Source: an uncultured Gammaproteobacteria bacterium (GTDB lineage: Bacteria > Patescibacteriota > Patescibacteriia > 2-12-FULL-60-25). Taken from it: a stretch of DNA of 28,015 nt. Positions 16,249-23,003 of the stretch are shown here, piece by piece (positions within the stretch are counted from its first letter, which is position 1; every line of letters starts with the position of its first letter). The DNA is taken from positions 1 through 28,015 of the forward strand of contig CAYGDS010000001.1 of the NCBI GenBank assembly GCA_964348595.1, written 5' to 3'. The notes beneath the pieces were generated by a model that saw only the letters and a program-made list of their open reading frames with translations, was not told the DNA's origin and did not search any database. The position numbers and the translations under genes were made by a program.

Positions 16249-16656
16249 ATGCGTGTCATAGGAATAGATCATGGTTCGGCCAGGATAGGTATCGCGATGG
16301 GGGACACGGAATCCCGCGTGGCGAGTCCCTGGGACGTGCTGAAGCCCTCGAATCAGACGGAGGCCGTGCAGCTCGTTCACGAGCTCTGTCTCGGTGAAGG
16401 CGTCGACCGAGTCGTCGTCGGTATTCCGCGACCCCTTGCAGATCGTGCGCGCGAAACCGACCAGGCGAAGACGATCCGACGCTTCATGGAAGCGCTACGC
16501 GTCGAAGGCCTGGATGTCGTTGAGGAGGACGAGTCACTCTCAACTGCGCTCGCGGCAAAACTCGCGGCGGATGCCGGATCAAAGGGCAAGCGCGATGATC
16601 TGGCGGCAACGGCTATTCTTCAAACGTACTTGGATCGCATAACGCATAGCGCATAA
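16249..16656 (+). CDS. ruvX: Holliday junction resolvase-like / pre-16S rRNA nuclease YqgF
   Basis: MRVIGIDHGSARIGIAMGD, VVVGIP, EDESLST and DDLAATAILQTYLD. Start reassigned to ATG 16249. Confidence 0.93.
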   Translation: MRVIGIDHGSARIGIAMGDTESRVASPWDVLKPSNQTEAVQLVHELCLGEGVDRVVVGIPRPLADRARETDQAKTIRRFMEALRVEGLDVVEEDESLSTALAAKLAADAGSKGKRDDLAATAILQTYLDRITHSA

Positions 16657-16777
16657 CGCATAACCCGTAACATCGACCATTAACCCATGAACCCGTTCGA
16701 CTTTATGGACTTTCATCTTTCGACTTCTGACATCTGACATCTGAGTTCTGACATCTGGGTCATGGTTATCGGTTATG
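16636..16777. repeat. Degenerate heptamer array between ruvX and recO
   Basis: CGCATAA CGCATAG CGCATAA CGCATAA CCCGTAA ... CTGACAT CTGACAT CTGAGTT CTGACAT CTGGGTC ATGGTTATCGGTTATG. Confidence 0.85.
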
Positions 16778-17401
16778 TATCTCAGAGACACCGTCTTCAT
16801 CTTAAAAAGCGAACCGTTTCGTGAGCATGATAGCCGCGTAACGATGTATGGGCGTGTCCACGGAAAAATGTCGGCCGTTGCGCGCGGAAGTCGACGCATG
16901 TCCGCGAAACACCTTGGCCATCTAGAGCCGCTCACCGTCGCCGAGGTCATGATCGCGCACGGTCAATCGTTCGATAAGCTCGCGATTGCGCGGCGCGTTA
17001 CGGTTTCATCGCCTGATCTCGCTTCTCTCGCGCTCGCTGGTGCCTTTTCTTCATTGGTAGACTCTTTGGTCGGGTTTGGCGTTCCCGAGACGGCCCTGTT
17101 CGATCTTTTATTACAAACCAGGGATGTCTTCGTCGATGGCGGTATTCCGACACCGGAGCGCGCGCGGTTTTTGTACGCGGCAGCGACACTCAAATTACTC
17201 GACATCCTCGGATACGCGCCCGTGCTCGATGATAAATTATTCAAGTTCATGCGATCCGCGTCGCTCTACGATCTCAAGCGCTTAACGGCGCCCGTTGATC
17301 AACTGTCGACAGCAAGCGCGGTTGTCGAAGATGCGCTCACGCATACGCCGTTACACCGGGCGCCCCATGGGTCAGCGACGATCGTGGCATTGCTCTCTTG
17401 A
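16775..17401 (+). CDS. recO: DNA repair protein RecO
   Basis: N-terminal OB-fold pattern ILKSEPFREHDSRVTMY....GKMSAVARGSRR..AK..GHLEP and helical KLLDILGYAP. No Zn-finger Cys visible. Confidence 0.88.
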   Translation: MYLRDTVFILKSEPFREHDSRVTMYGRVHGKMSAVARGSRRMSAKHLGHLEPLTVAEVMIAHGQSFDKLAIARRVTVSSPDLASLALAGAFSSLVDSLVGFGVPETALFDLLLQTRDVFVDGGIPTPERARFLYAAATLKLLDILGYAPVLDDKLFKFMRSASLYDLKRLTAPVDQLSTASAVVEDALTHTPLHRAPHGSATIVALLS

Positions 17402-17505
17402 GCCCACTCTTGACCGACATTGACGACCTTGCGACGGCCCGATTGAATGAGGTTGCATTGGCTCGTACACCCCCACGTCGTTCGATCGACTCATAAAGGA
17501 TGTGC

Positions 17506-18333
17506 ATGCACAACGCTTCCTACGCCCGTCGTGAATCGTGCTCGGTGACCAGACTGCCGTTCGTTAACAGGGATTTTCGCGCCGCATCGGTCTTTCCGCT
17601 GCGCGAGACGAGTCCCCAGGCACGTCGTTCAACGACGAAGCCGACGAACACCACGCACGAAGTCCCGACGGGACCTACCCCCAACCTGGATGCGGCGCCT
17701 CCCGCACCCAGCCACGTGACGGCGCTCGAGCCCGAACCGGTGCCCGAGCCCTGTGAGGGGCAGTCCTACATCGACACGCTCGCGCCGGCACGATCGTACG
17801 AGGACGCCGTGCACGGGTATCGTCCCGAACCGAAGGAGAAGCGTCGCAAGCTCACGAAGCGCGCGCCGCAACTCTCCCTCGATGAACGGATCGAGCAGCG
17901 TTCGGTCAGGATCGCGAGTCCGATCATTGGACGCTACGTTCGGGAGATTCTCGAGATCGACAGCGCGCTCGGTGCCTACCGCGATCTCGAGGTGCGCCGC
18001 ATGCTCTCGCGTGACGATGCGATGTGCGATGGGCACTTCTTGCGCCAGCGCCTGGAGCGCGGTGACATCTCGATGCGCTGGCTGCGCGATCAGGTGCGCG
18101 ATCGCCTCGTGCGTCAGATGAATGATCTGATTGCGAACGGCTCCTGGGCCGAGGAAGACTCGGCAAATGGATATCGCGTGCGCATCGTGCATGGTCGACA
18201 CCGCTGGGTGTTCCTCCTCTGCGCGCGGTATGGCAACGTCGTGACGTTCTTCAGTGCCGCTGACTATGCGCGGTCCATGAGTCATCGCCGCGCCCGCCGT
18301 GTCGGATACTTGTACCGCCGAAGATTCAGCTAG
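17506..18333 (+). CDS. Hypothetical protein (Pro/Thr-rich disordered N-half, compact C-terminal domain)
   Basis: SD AAAGGA 5 nt before ATG 17506, GC-rich third positions and a terminator immediately downstream. Confidence 0.72.
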   Translation: MHNASYARRESCSVTRLPFVNRDFRAASVFPLRETSPQARRSTTKPTNTTHEVPTGPTPNLDAAPPAPSHVTALEPEPVPEPCEGQSYIDTLAPARSYEDAVHGYRPEPKEKRRKLTKRAPQLSLDERIEQRSVRIASPIIGRYVREILEIDSALGAYRDLEVRRMLSRDDAMCDGHFLRQRLERGDISMRWLRDQVRDRLVRQMNDLIANGSWAEEDSANGYRVRIVHGRHRWVFLLCARYGNVVTFFSAADYARSMSHRRARRVGYLYRRRFS

Positions 18334-18346
18334 ATCCATCTCTCTA

Positions 18347-18374
18347 GAGCCCTGTCGCATGTCGGCGGGGTTTT
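18347..18374 (+). terminator. Intrinsic terminator after the 17506 orphan
   Basis: GCCCTGTCG-CATGT-CGGCGGGGT followed by TTT, with several G-U pairs. Confidence 0.6.
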
Positions 18375-18391
18375 GCTTGTCATCACGCTCG

Positions 18392-18540
18392 CCCATAACC
18401 CACCCCTGCCCCTCCCTTCTACGAGGGATGGGTTCTTTCGTCCCAAGTCTCCCCTCGAAGAAGGGGAGATTTAGAGGGGTTATGGTCCCAGGGGAGCGGG
18501 AGGGGTTATGGTCCAAGGGGAGCAGGAGGGGTTCTGTCCC
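18392..18540. repeat. GC-skewed REP-like cluster: two hairpins plus a 26-bp tandem repeat
   Basis: TCCCT/AGGGA hairpin (18413-18428), AGTCTCCCCT-CGAAGA-AGGGGAGATT (18446-18471) and GAGGGGTTATGGTCCMAGGGGAGCRG x2 (18474-18525) plus a partial third copy. Confidence 0.8.
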
Positions 18541-18541
18541 A

Positions 18542-18570
18542 TTGACATTTAACAAATTTTATGCCATATT
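18542..18570 (+). promoter_or_regulatory. sigma70 promoter for the 18617 orphan
   Basis: TTGACA (18542-18547), 17 nt, CATATT with extended TG-C. Confidence 0.65.
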
Positions 18571-18579
18571 CCTCGTACA

Positions 18580-18594
18580 TCGAGCTTAGCTCGA
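18580..18594. repeat. 15-bp palindrome TCGAGCT-T-AGCTCGA (copy 3 of 3)
   Basis: Perfect 7-1-7 inverted repeat just downstream of the predicted transcription start. Confidence 0.85.
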
Positions 18595-18616
18595 CGACGC
18601 TCATTCGGAGGTCAAG

Positions 18617-19288
18617 ATGGCGTGGTGGATGTACGTTCTTGCAGGACTCGGGTATGTCCTCGTGGGCGACACCATCGCCCGGCTCAAGCTCAAGGTTCTC
18701 AAGAACGAGATCACCAATCCCGTGATCAGATACTTCTGCTTTCCGCTGAGCATGGCATTCTCTTCCAGCGCCATAGTCGACGGCAAAATACAGGCTCATC
18801 CGTCGAGGGATGGTTCTGAGAAGGACCCCGAGCATGGTGCGCTGGCCTGGGTATTTAATCAGCTGCTCATCCCGCACTCCCACACGGAGCACAACCCGAC
18901 TCGACTCATGGTCAACGAAGATAGTGCGCGAAAGTACATCATGCTTTCCTGGCTCCACTGGCCCCTGCATGTCGTGTGGCTCGCGCTAGCAAGCCTCTTC
19001 GCAACGCCCATAGCGATCGACAAGATCCTCCAGGGCCTACACTGGCTCATCGGCAAAGGGTTCTCGGGCGTGTACGACCTACTCGGCAGGCTTTGGACCA
19101 AGAAGCCGGCGAAGGTGCGGGTCGACGAGAAAGTCGTCGAGGAGGCCGAGAGTCATGAAGCCAAGGTCCGTCGCGAGATGGATGAGGCAAGAGACAAGCT
19201 CGCCGAGCTCAAGGGAGAGCTCGAGGAAATCGAGAAGAAGAAGGGGCCCTACGGCAGGGGCAACGCGGAACAACAGCTGAAGAACTGA
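18617..19288 (+). CDS. Hypothetical membrane protein with C-terminal coiled coil
   Basis: SD GGAGG 5 nt upstream. Hydrophobic segments near the N-terminus and residues ~107-145, then a charged heptad-like tail (EARDKLAELKGELEEIEKK). Confidence 0.82.
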   Translation: MAWWMYVLAGLGYVLVGDTIARLKLKVLKNEITNPVIRYFCFPLSMAFSSSAIVDGKIQAHPSRDGSEKDPEHGALAWVFNQLLIPHSHTEHNPTRLMVNEDSARKYIMLSWLHWPLHVVWLALASLFATPIAIDKILQGLHWLIGKGFSGVYDLLGRLWTKKPAKVRVDEKVVEEAESHEAKVRREMDEARDKLAELKGELEEIEKKKGPYGRGNAEQQLKN

Positions 19289-19295
19289 ACGACAC

Positions 19296-19324
19296 GCCCG
19301 CACGGATCACTCCGGCGGGCTTTT
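19296..19324 (+). terminator. Intrinsic terminator after the 18617 orphan
   Basis: GCCCGC-A-CGGA-TCAC-TCCG-GCGGGC-TTTT. Confidence 0.8.
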
Positions 19325-19341
19325 GCATACCTTGACGTTAT

Positions 19342-19401
19342 GCGTTACGCGATATTTACCCGCCTAGTTGCATGAAATGCTTCTGGCGGGCACGATACGC
19401 C
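19342..19401 (+). repeat. 60-bp structured upstream element, copy B (before asnS)
   Basis: 56/60 identical to 16187-16246. Hairpin CCCGCC-T-AG-TT-GCAT-GAA-ATGC-TT-CT-GGCGGG. Confidence 0.92.
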
Positions 19402-19407
19402 TCATCT

Positions 19408-20700
19408 ATGGATGTCTTCATCAAGCAATTTCCGGAGCACGTCGGCCAAGCGGTGACCATCAAAGGATGGGCATACAACGTGCGTTCGAGCGGATCGATC
19501 GCGTTTTTGCAAATCCGCGATGGTAGTGGTTTTACGCAAGCTGTGATCGTGAAGACCGGCGTCGACGAGGCGAGTTGGACAGCGGCGACGGAGGCGACCA
19601 TCGAGTCGTCGGTGATCGTGACCGGCACGGTATCCAAACATCCTAAGCAAGAAGGCGTGTTTGAGTTGCAGGCGACGCGCGTCGAGCTCGTGCAGAAGGC
19701 GGAGGAGTTTCCGATTGGTAAAAAAGAGCATGGACCGGATTTCCTGCTCGATCAACGTCATTTGTGGCTCCGTGCACCGACGCAATGGGCGATACAGCGT
19801 GTGAGGAACGAAATCATCAACGCCACGTATCGCTGGATGTCGGATCACGGGTATACCAAAATCGACTCGCCGATCTTCACGCCGAGCGCGTGCGAAGGAA
19901 CGACGGATTTGTTCGAGGTCGATTATTTCGGTGAGCGGAAGGCGTACCTCACGCAATCCGGACAGCTGTATCTCGAGGCGGCGATCGCATCCGTTGGTCG
20001 ATGCTTCGATTTCGGACCGGTGTTCCGTGCGGAAAAATCCAAGACGCGACGCCATCTTACAGAATTCTGGATGATGGATGCGGAGGCGGCATTCGTTGAT
20101 CACGAAGAGAACTTGAAGATTCAAGAGGCGCTTGTGTGTTTCATCGTGGAACAAGTGCTGAAGAACTGTCAGCCGGAACTGAAGATTCTCGAGCGTGATC
20201 AGGAGCCGCTCAAAAAAGTGCAGGCGCCATTCATCCGCATGACGCATGCGGAGGCGATTGCGTGGTTGCGCGAACACGGTTCCGACATCGGCGACATGGA
20301 CGATCTTGGCGCGGATGATGAGACGCTGCTCACGAAGGCGCATGAGAAGCCGATCTTTGTTGAGAAATATCCAGCGGCGGTGAAGGCGTTTTATATGAAA
20401 CGCGATCCGTCTGATCCGACGCGCGTGTTGAATGCGGACTTACTTGCGCCGGAAGGATACGGAGAAATCATCGGCGGTTCGCAGCGTGAGGATGATTACG
20501 AAAAATTGCTCGCACGCATCCGCGATCACAAGCTCCCGGAGGCAGCGTTCCAATGGTATCTCGACTTGCGTCGTTACGGTTCAGTTCCACATTCCGGGTT
20601 TGGCTATGGCCTTGAACGTCTCACGACGTGGATTTGCGGCATCCATCATGTGCGTGAGACAATTCCATTTCCGCGATTGATTAATCGTTTGGAGCCATAA
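19408..20700 (+). CDS. asnS: Asparagine--tRNA ligase
   Basis: V.IKGW..NVRSSGSIAFLQIRDGSG, RHLWLR, YLTQSGQLYLE, FGPVFRAEKSKTRRHLTEFWM, GEIIGGSQRE and PHSGFGYGLER. Start reassigned to ATG 19408. Confidence 0.96.
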   Translation: MDVFIKQFPEHVGQAVTIKGWAYNVRSSGSIAFLQIRDGSGFTQAVIVKTGVDEASWTAATEATIESSVIVTGTVSKHPKQEGVFELQATRVELVQKAEEFPIGKKEHGPDFLLDQRHLWLRAPTQWAIQRVRNEIINATYRWMSDHGYTKIDSPIFTPSACEGTTDLFEVDYFGERKAYLTQSGQLYLEAAIASVGRCFDFGPVFRAEKSKTRRHLTEFWMMDAEAAFVDHEENLKIQEALVCFIVEQVLKNCQPELKILERDQEPLKKVQAPFIRMTHAEAIAWLREHGSDIGDMDDLGADDETLLTKAHEKPIFVEKYPAAVKAFYMKRDPSDPTRVLNADLLAPEGYGEIIGGSQREDDYEKLLARIRDHKLPEAAFQWYLDLRRYGSVPHSGFGYGLERLTTWICGIHHVRETIPFPRLINRLEP

Positions 20701-20705
20701 ACGTG

Positions 20706-20732
20706 AAAACCCCCGATCAGTTGATCGGGGGT
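20706..20732. terminator. Bidirectional terminator between asnS and the convergent orphan
   Basis: ACCCCCGATC-AGTT-GATCGGGGGT, with an A-tract on the left and T-rich sequence on the right. Confidence 0.8.
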
Positions 20733-20739
20733 CTGTTGT

Positions 20740-21375
20740 TCAGTGAAGGGTCTGCGACGCTTCGTGCTCGCTCAGGAGCACCGTGCGGGACCTTCCGTAA
20801 TACCGCACGAGCCGGCGAAGGATCGTCTCGGGCTTCATCCCGAGTTCCGCGCTCGTCGCGAGGAGACGGGTGATGAACCGCTTGCGGCGATGGCCGCTCA
20901 CGTGCGACCAGAACGCGCCCATGATCCGATTGCGACTCGGATGCGTGTCGATGCCAAAGCGCTTCATGAGCTCCCTGCGCTTGAGGGTGAATGGTGAGGC
21001 GCCGATGTGGCTCGCGCGAAGCAGCTCGAGGCGAGCCAGGTCGCGCTCCGCGAGCGGGATGTGCTCCAGGCTGTTCGGACTCCAGCCCGCAAAGTAGATG
21101 CCCTTCCGCTTCTTCGACCCCGGCTTGTCGCCGGGTTCGGCGGGCTGGTTACTCAGCGCCGACGGCTTGGTACGCGAGGCACGAGACGACTTGGGAGTCG
21201 ATGCGCGCTTCTCGCGATCCAGCCAATCGTAGGCACGGGCGCCCGCGGCGGCGTACATGACGAGACGCTCGAAGTCCTTGCGAAGGCTCGGACGGAGCGC
21301 GCGGATGATCGGCTTGAGATCGCCGATGCTCTTGTTGAGACGAGAGAGGTGAGTCGATCGCTTCCTGTGTGCCAC
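20740..21375 (-). CDS. Hypothetical, strongly basic protein
   Basis: GTG start with SD AAGGAG, its own promoter TTGACG-17-TAGGTT and a terminator after the stop. Confidence 0.78.
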   Translation of the reverse strand: MAHRKRSTHLSRLNKSIGDLKPIIRALRPSLRKDFERLVMYAAAGARAYDWLDREKRASTPKSSRASRTKPSALSNQPAEPGDKPGSKKRKGIYFAGWSPNSLEHIPLAERDLARLELLRASHIGASPFTLKRRELMKRFGIDTHPSRNRIMGAFWSHVSGHRRKRFITRLLATSAELGMKPETILRRLVRYYGRSRTVLLSEHEASQTLH

Positions 21376-21414
21376 GGATCTCCTTTGTGTCGTTTGAAAA
21401 TGTGCGGATGTGTC

Positions 21415-21455
21415 AACCTAGCAAAGATATGCATTTTCGTCAAGATTGCTACAAT
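21415..21455. promoter_or_regulatory. Divergent promoter pair
   Basis: Minus: TTGACG (21443-21438), 17 nt, TG-C-TAGGTT (21420-21415). Plus: TG-C-TACAAT (21447-21455), 6 nt before ATG 21462. Confidence 0.65.
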
Positions 21456-21461
21456 GGGCCC

Positions 21462-22361
21462 ATGTCCAAGCGCTCCCGTTGGTTTAAGCCCCATGGATCC
21501 TGGCTTGGAAGCCTGCTCGTCGCCGTGATAGTCGGGGGCATTACCTATGGCGTGTACAAAGACCAGGGTCTGGACGTTGTGACATCTGGGGCGACACAAA
21601 CGACAAGTACCGTCGCCGTGACGCCGGACAGAATCGTTTACCTCTCCATCGCGAAAAGTGACGGTACGACGAACGTCGTTTCCGTGAACACGACAGCGAA
21701 GCGCATTGAACCGACGAGTCGATCGACGAAGCCGGTGGGCTCCGCGTTACGTGTTGAACCATCAGAAGATGGTGTCTCGCGCATTGTCGACGGTAACGAT
21801 TGGAACGTCGCTCTGCGCGCGAGCAACGGAGCGCCCTTTGTGAACGCGCGTATTGTCTCAGAGCTGAGTCCGTCGCGCGTTGTCGTCATCGGATCAACGG
21901 ATGGAGATCATCTTCTTTACGTGGAACGCTCGGGATCTATCCGTGACGTTTACGCGTTGCCACCGTTGTACGTCCTCCATGGATTGATGGAGGGGGTGCT
22001 GTGGATCTCAACGGCAGAGCCGGGTGAGGGGATTGAGTCTCCTCCGCAAGGTCCGTCGGCGATTATCCGGATCACGAGCGCGGGAGTCGTCGAAACACGA
22101 AAAAGCTCTCCCGACGCCGTCTCCGCACTCGCCGTAGGTCCTGCCAATGCCCTGGCGTACATGACGGAAAATGGGAATGTGATCGCGGAGAGTGGCTCGT
22201 CAAGCTGGAACGGTACGGGACGACCACTCATGTGGGTCGACGTAAGCCATCTTCTCGTTGCACGTGGCCAAACAGTCTCGTTGGTCGATCTCGAAACGAA
22301 GACACAACAGGACATTGGAGACGCGGGAGGGATCCCAGTGGCAGCACTGCCTGAGGAGTAG
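21462..22361 (+). CDS. Hypothetical membrane-anchored extracytoplasmic protein (beta-rich)
   Basis: Basic N-terminus, one TM (WLGSLLVAVIVGGITYGVY), a Thr-rich linker and repeated short beta-strand patterns. Start reassigned to ATG 21462. Confidence 0.75.
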   Translation: MSKRSRWFKPHGSWLGSLLVAVIVGGITYGVYKDQGLDVVTSGATQTTSTVAVTPDRIVYLSIAKSDGTTNVVSVNTTAKRIEPTSRSTKPVGSALRVEPSEDGVSRIVDGNDWNVALRASNGAPFVNARIVSELSPSRVVVIGSTDGDHLLYVERSGSIRDVYALPPLYVLHGLMEGVLWISTAEPGEGIESPPQGPSAIIRITSAGVVETRKSSPDAVSALAVGPANALAYMTENGNVIAESGSSSWNGTGRPLMWVDVSHLLVARGQTVSLVDLETKTQQDIGDAGGIPVAALPEE

Positions 22362-22384
22362 CTCTGTGGTATGATGCTCCGCGT

Positions 22385-22978
22385 ATGAAACAGGACAGTC
22401 CACAGGTACTTTGGATACGCGTCTGGATTGGTATCGGCGTCGTTGGGTTCGTGCTGTTCATCGTCGTGACCGCTTCGATCATGGCCACGGTCAAACGCGA
22501 GGTGACTCGACGGGCCGACTGTGCGACAGGTGCGCGAGAGGATTGCCTTCCATCCTTCATCTGGACTTTGCAAGATGCGTGGCGTGAAGGTCGAACCAGC
22601 GTCAAACCAGGTTCTGATGAAACGCGCACGATGGAAAAATCCGGCACGCGTCAAACCGTCACATCCGAACGCGCACCACGTGTTACCATCGTTGATCGTT
22701 CCGAGTGGTCGCTCGTGGATGGCGTATATCGCTTGCCAAAGGGTGCGCTTGGGCTTGCGGCGGGTGTGGAGGGGGAAGTGGATCGAGTCGACGTCCTCTA
22801 TATCCCACAAGACACCCTGACCCCTGGGATCGGAAAAAAGATTGGGGAGCTCGAAAAGGCCGTGAATCGTTTCGTTGGCCAAGTGACTCTCACGTCGAAC
22901 ATGAACGGCGAGCTTGAGATCCGAGCCATGAAAGGCATGGAATATGGCTCCTTGATTGTCCGATTTGCCGTAGAATGA
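22385..22978 (+). CDS. Hypothetical membrane-anchored protein
   Basis: Single N-terminal TM (VWIGIGVVGFVLFIVVTASIM). TG-G-TATGAT 9 nt upstream. Confidence 0.75.
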   Translation: MKQDSPQVLWIRVWIGIGVVGFVLFIVVTASIMATVKREVTRRADCATGAREDCLPSFIWTLQDAWREGRTSVKPGSDETRTMEKSGTRQTVTSERAPRVTIVDRSEWSLVDGVYRLPKGALGLAAGVEGEVDRVDVLYIPQDTLTPGIGKKIGELEKAVNRFVGQVTLTSNMNGELEIRAMKGMEYGSLIVRFAVE

Positions 22979-23003
22979 TTTTTTTGCTGAGATAGGCAGC
23001 GTT

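Noticed and set aside
16126-18540. Possible CRISPR array (tandem repeats at 16126-16777 and 18474-18540)
   Set aside because: Units are 7 or 26 bp and directly adjacent, with no unique spacers and no cas genes.
17629-18555. 308-aa minus-strand ORF overlapping the 17506 gene and the repeat cluster
   Set aside because: Antisense shadow of a GC-rich gene. Its N-terminus just translates the repeats and terminator, and the plus-strand gene has the SD and terminator.
19342-19407. 60-bp element as a T-box or other aminoacyl-tRNA synthetase riboswitch
   Set aside because: Far too short, with no T-box consensus, specifier loop or terminator/antiterminator. The same element precedes ruvX, which is not a synthetase.
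19402-20343. 313-aa ORF antisense to asnS
   Set aside because: Lies almost entirely opposite a clear housekeeping gene, with no motifs or expression signals.
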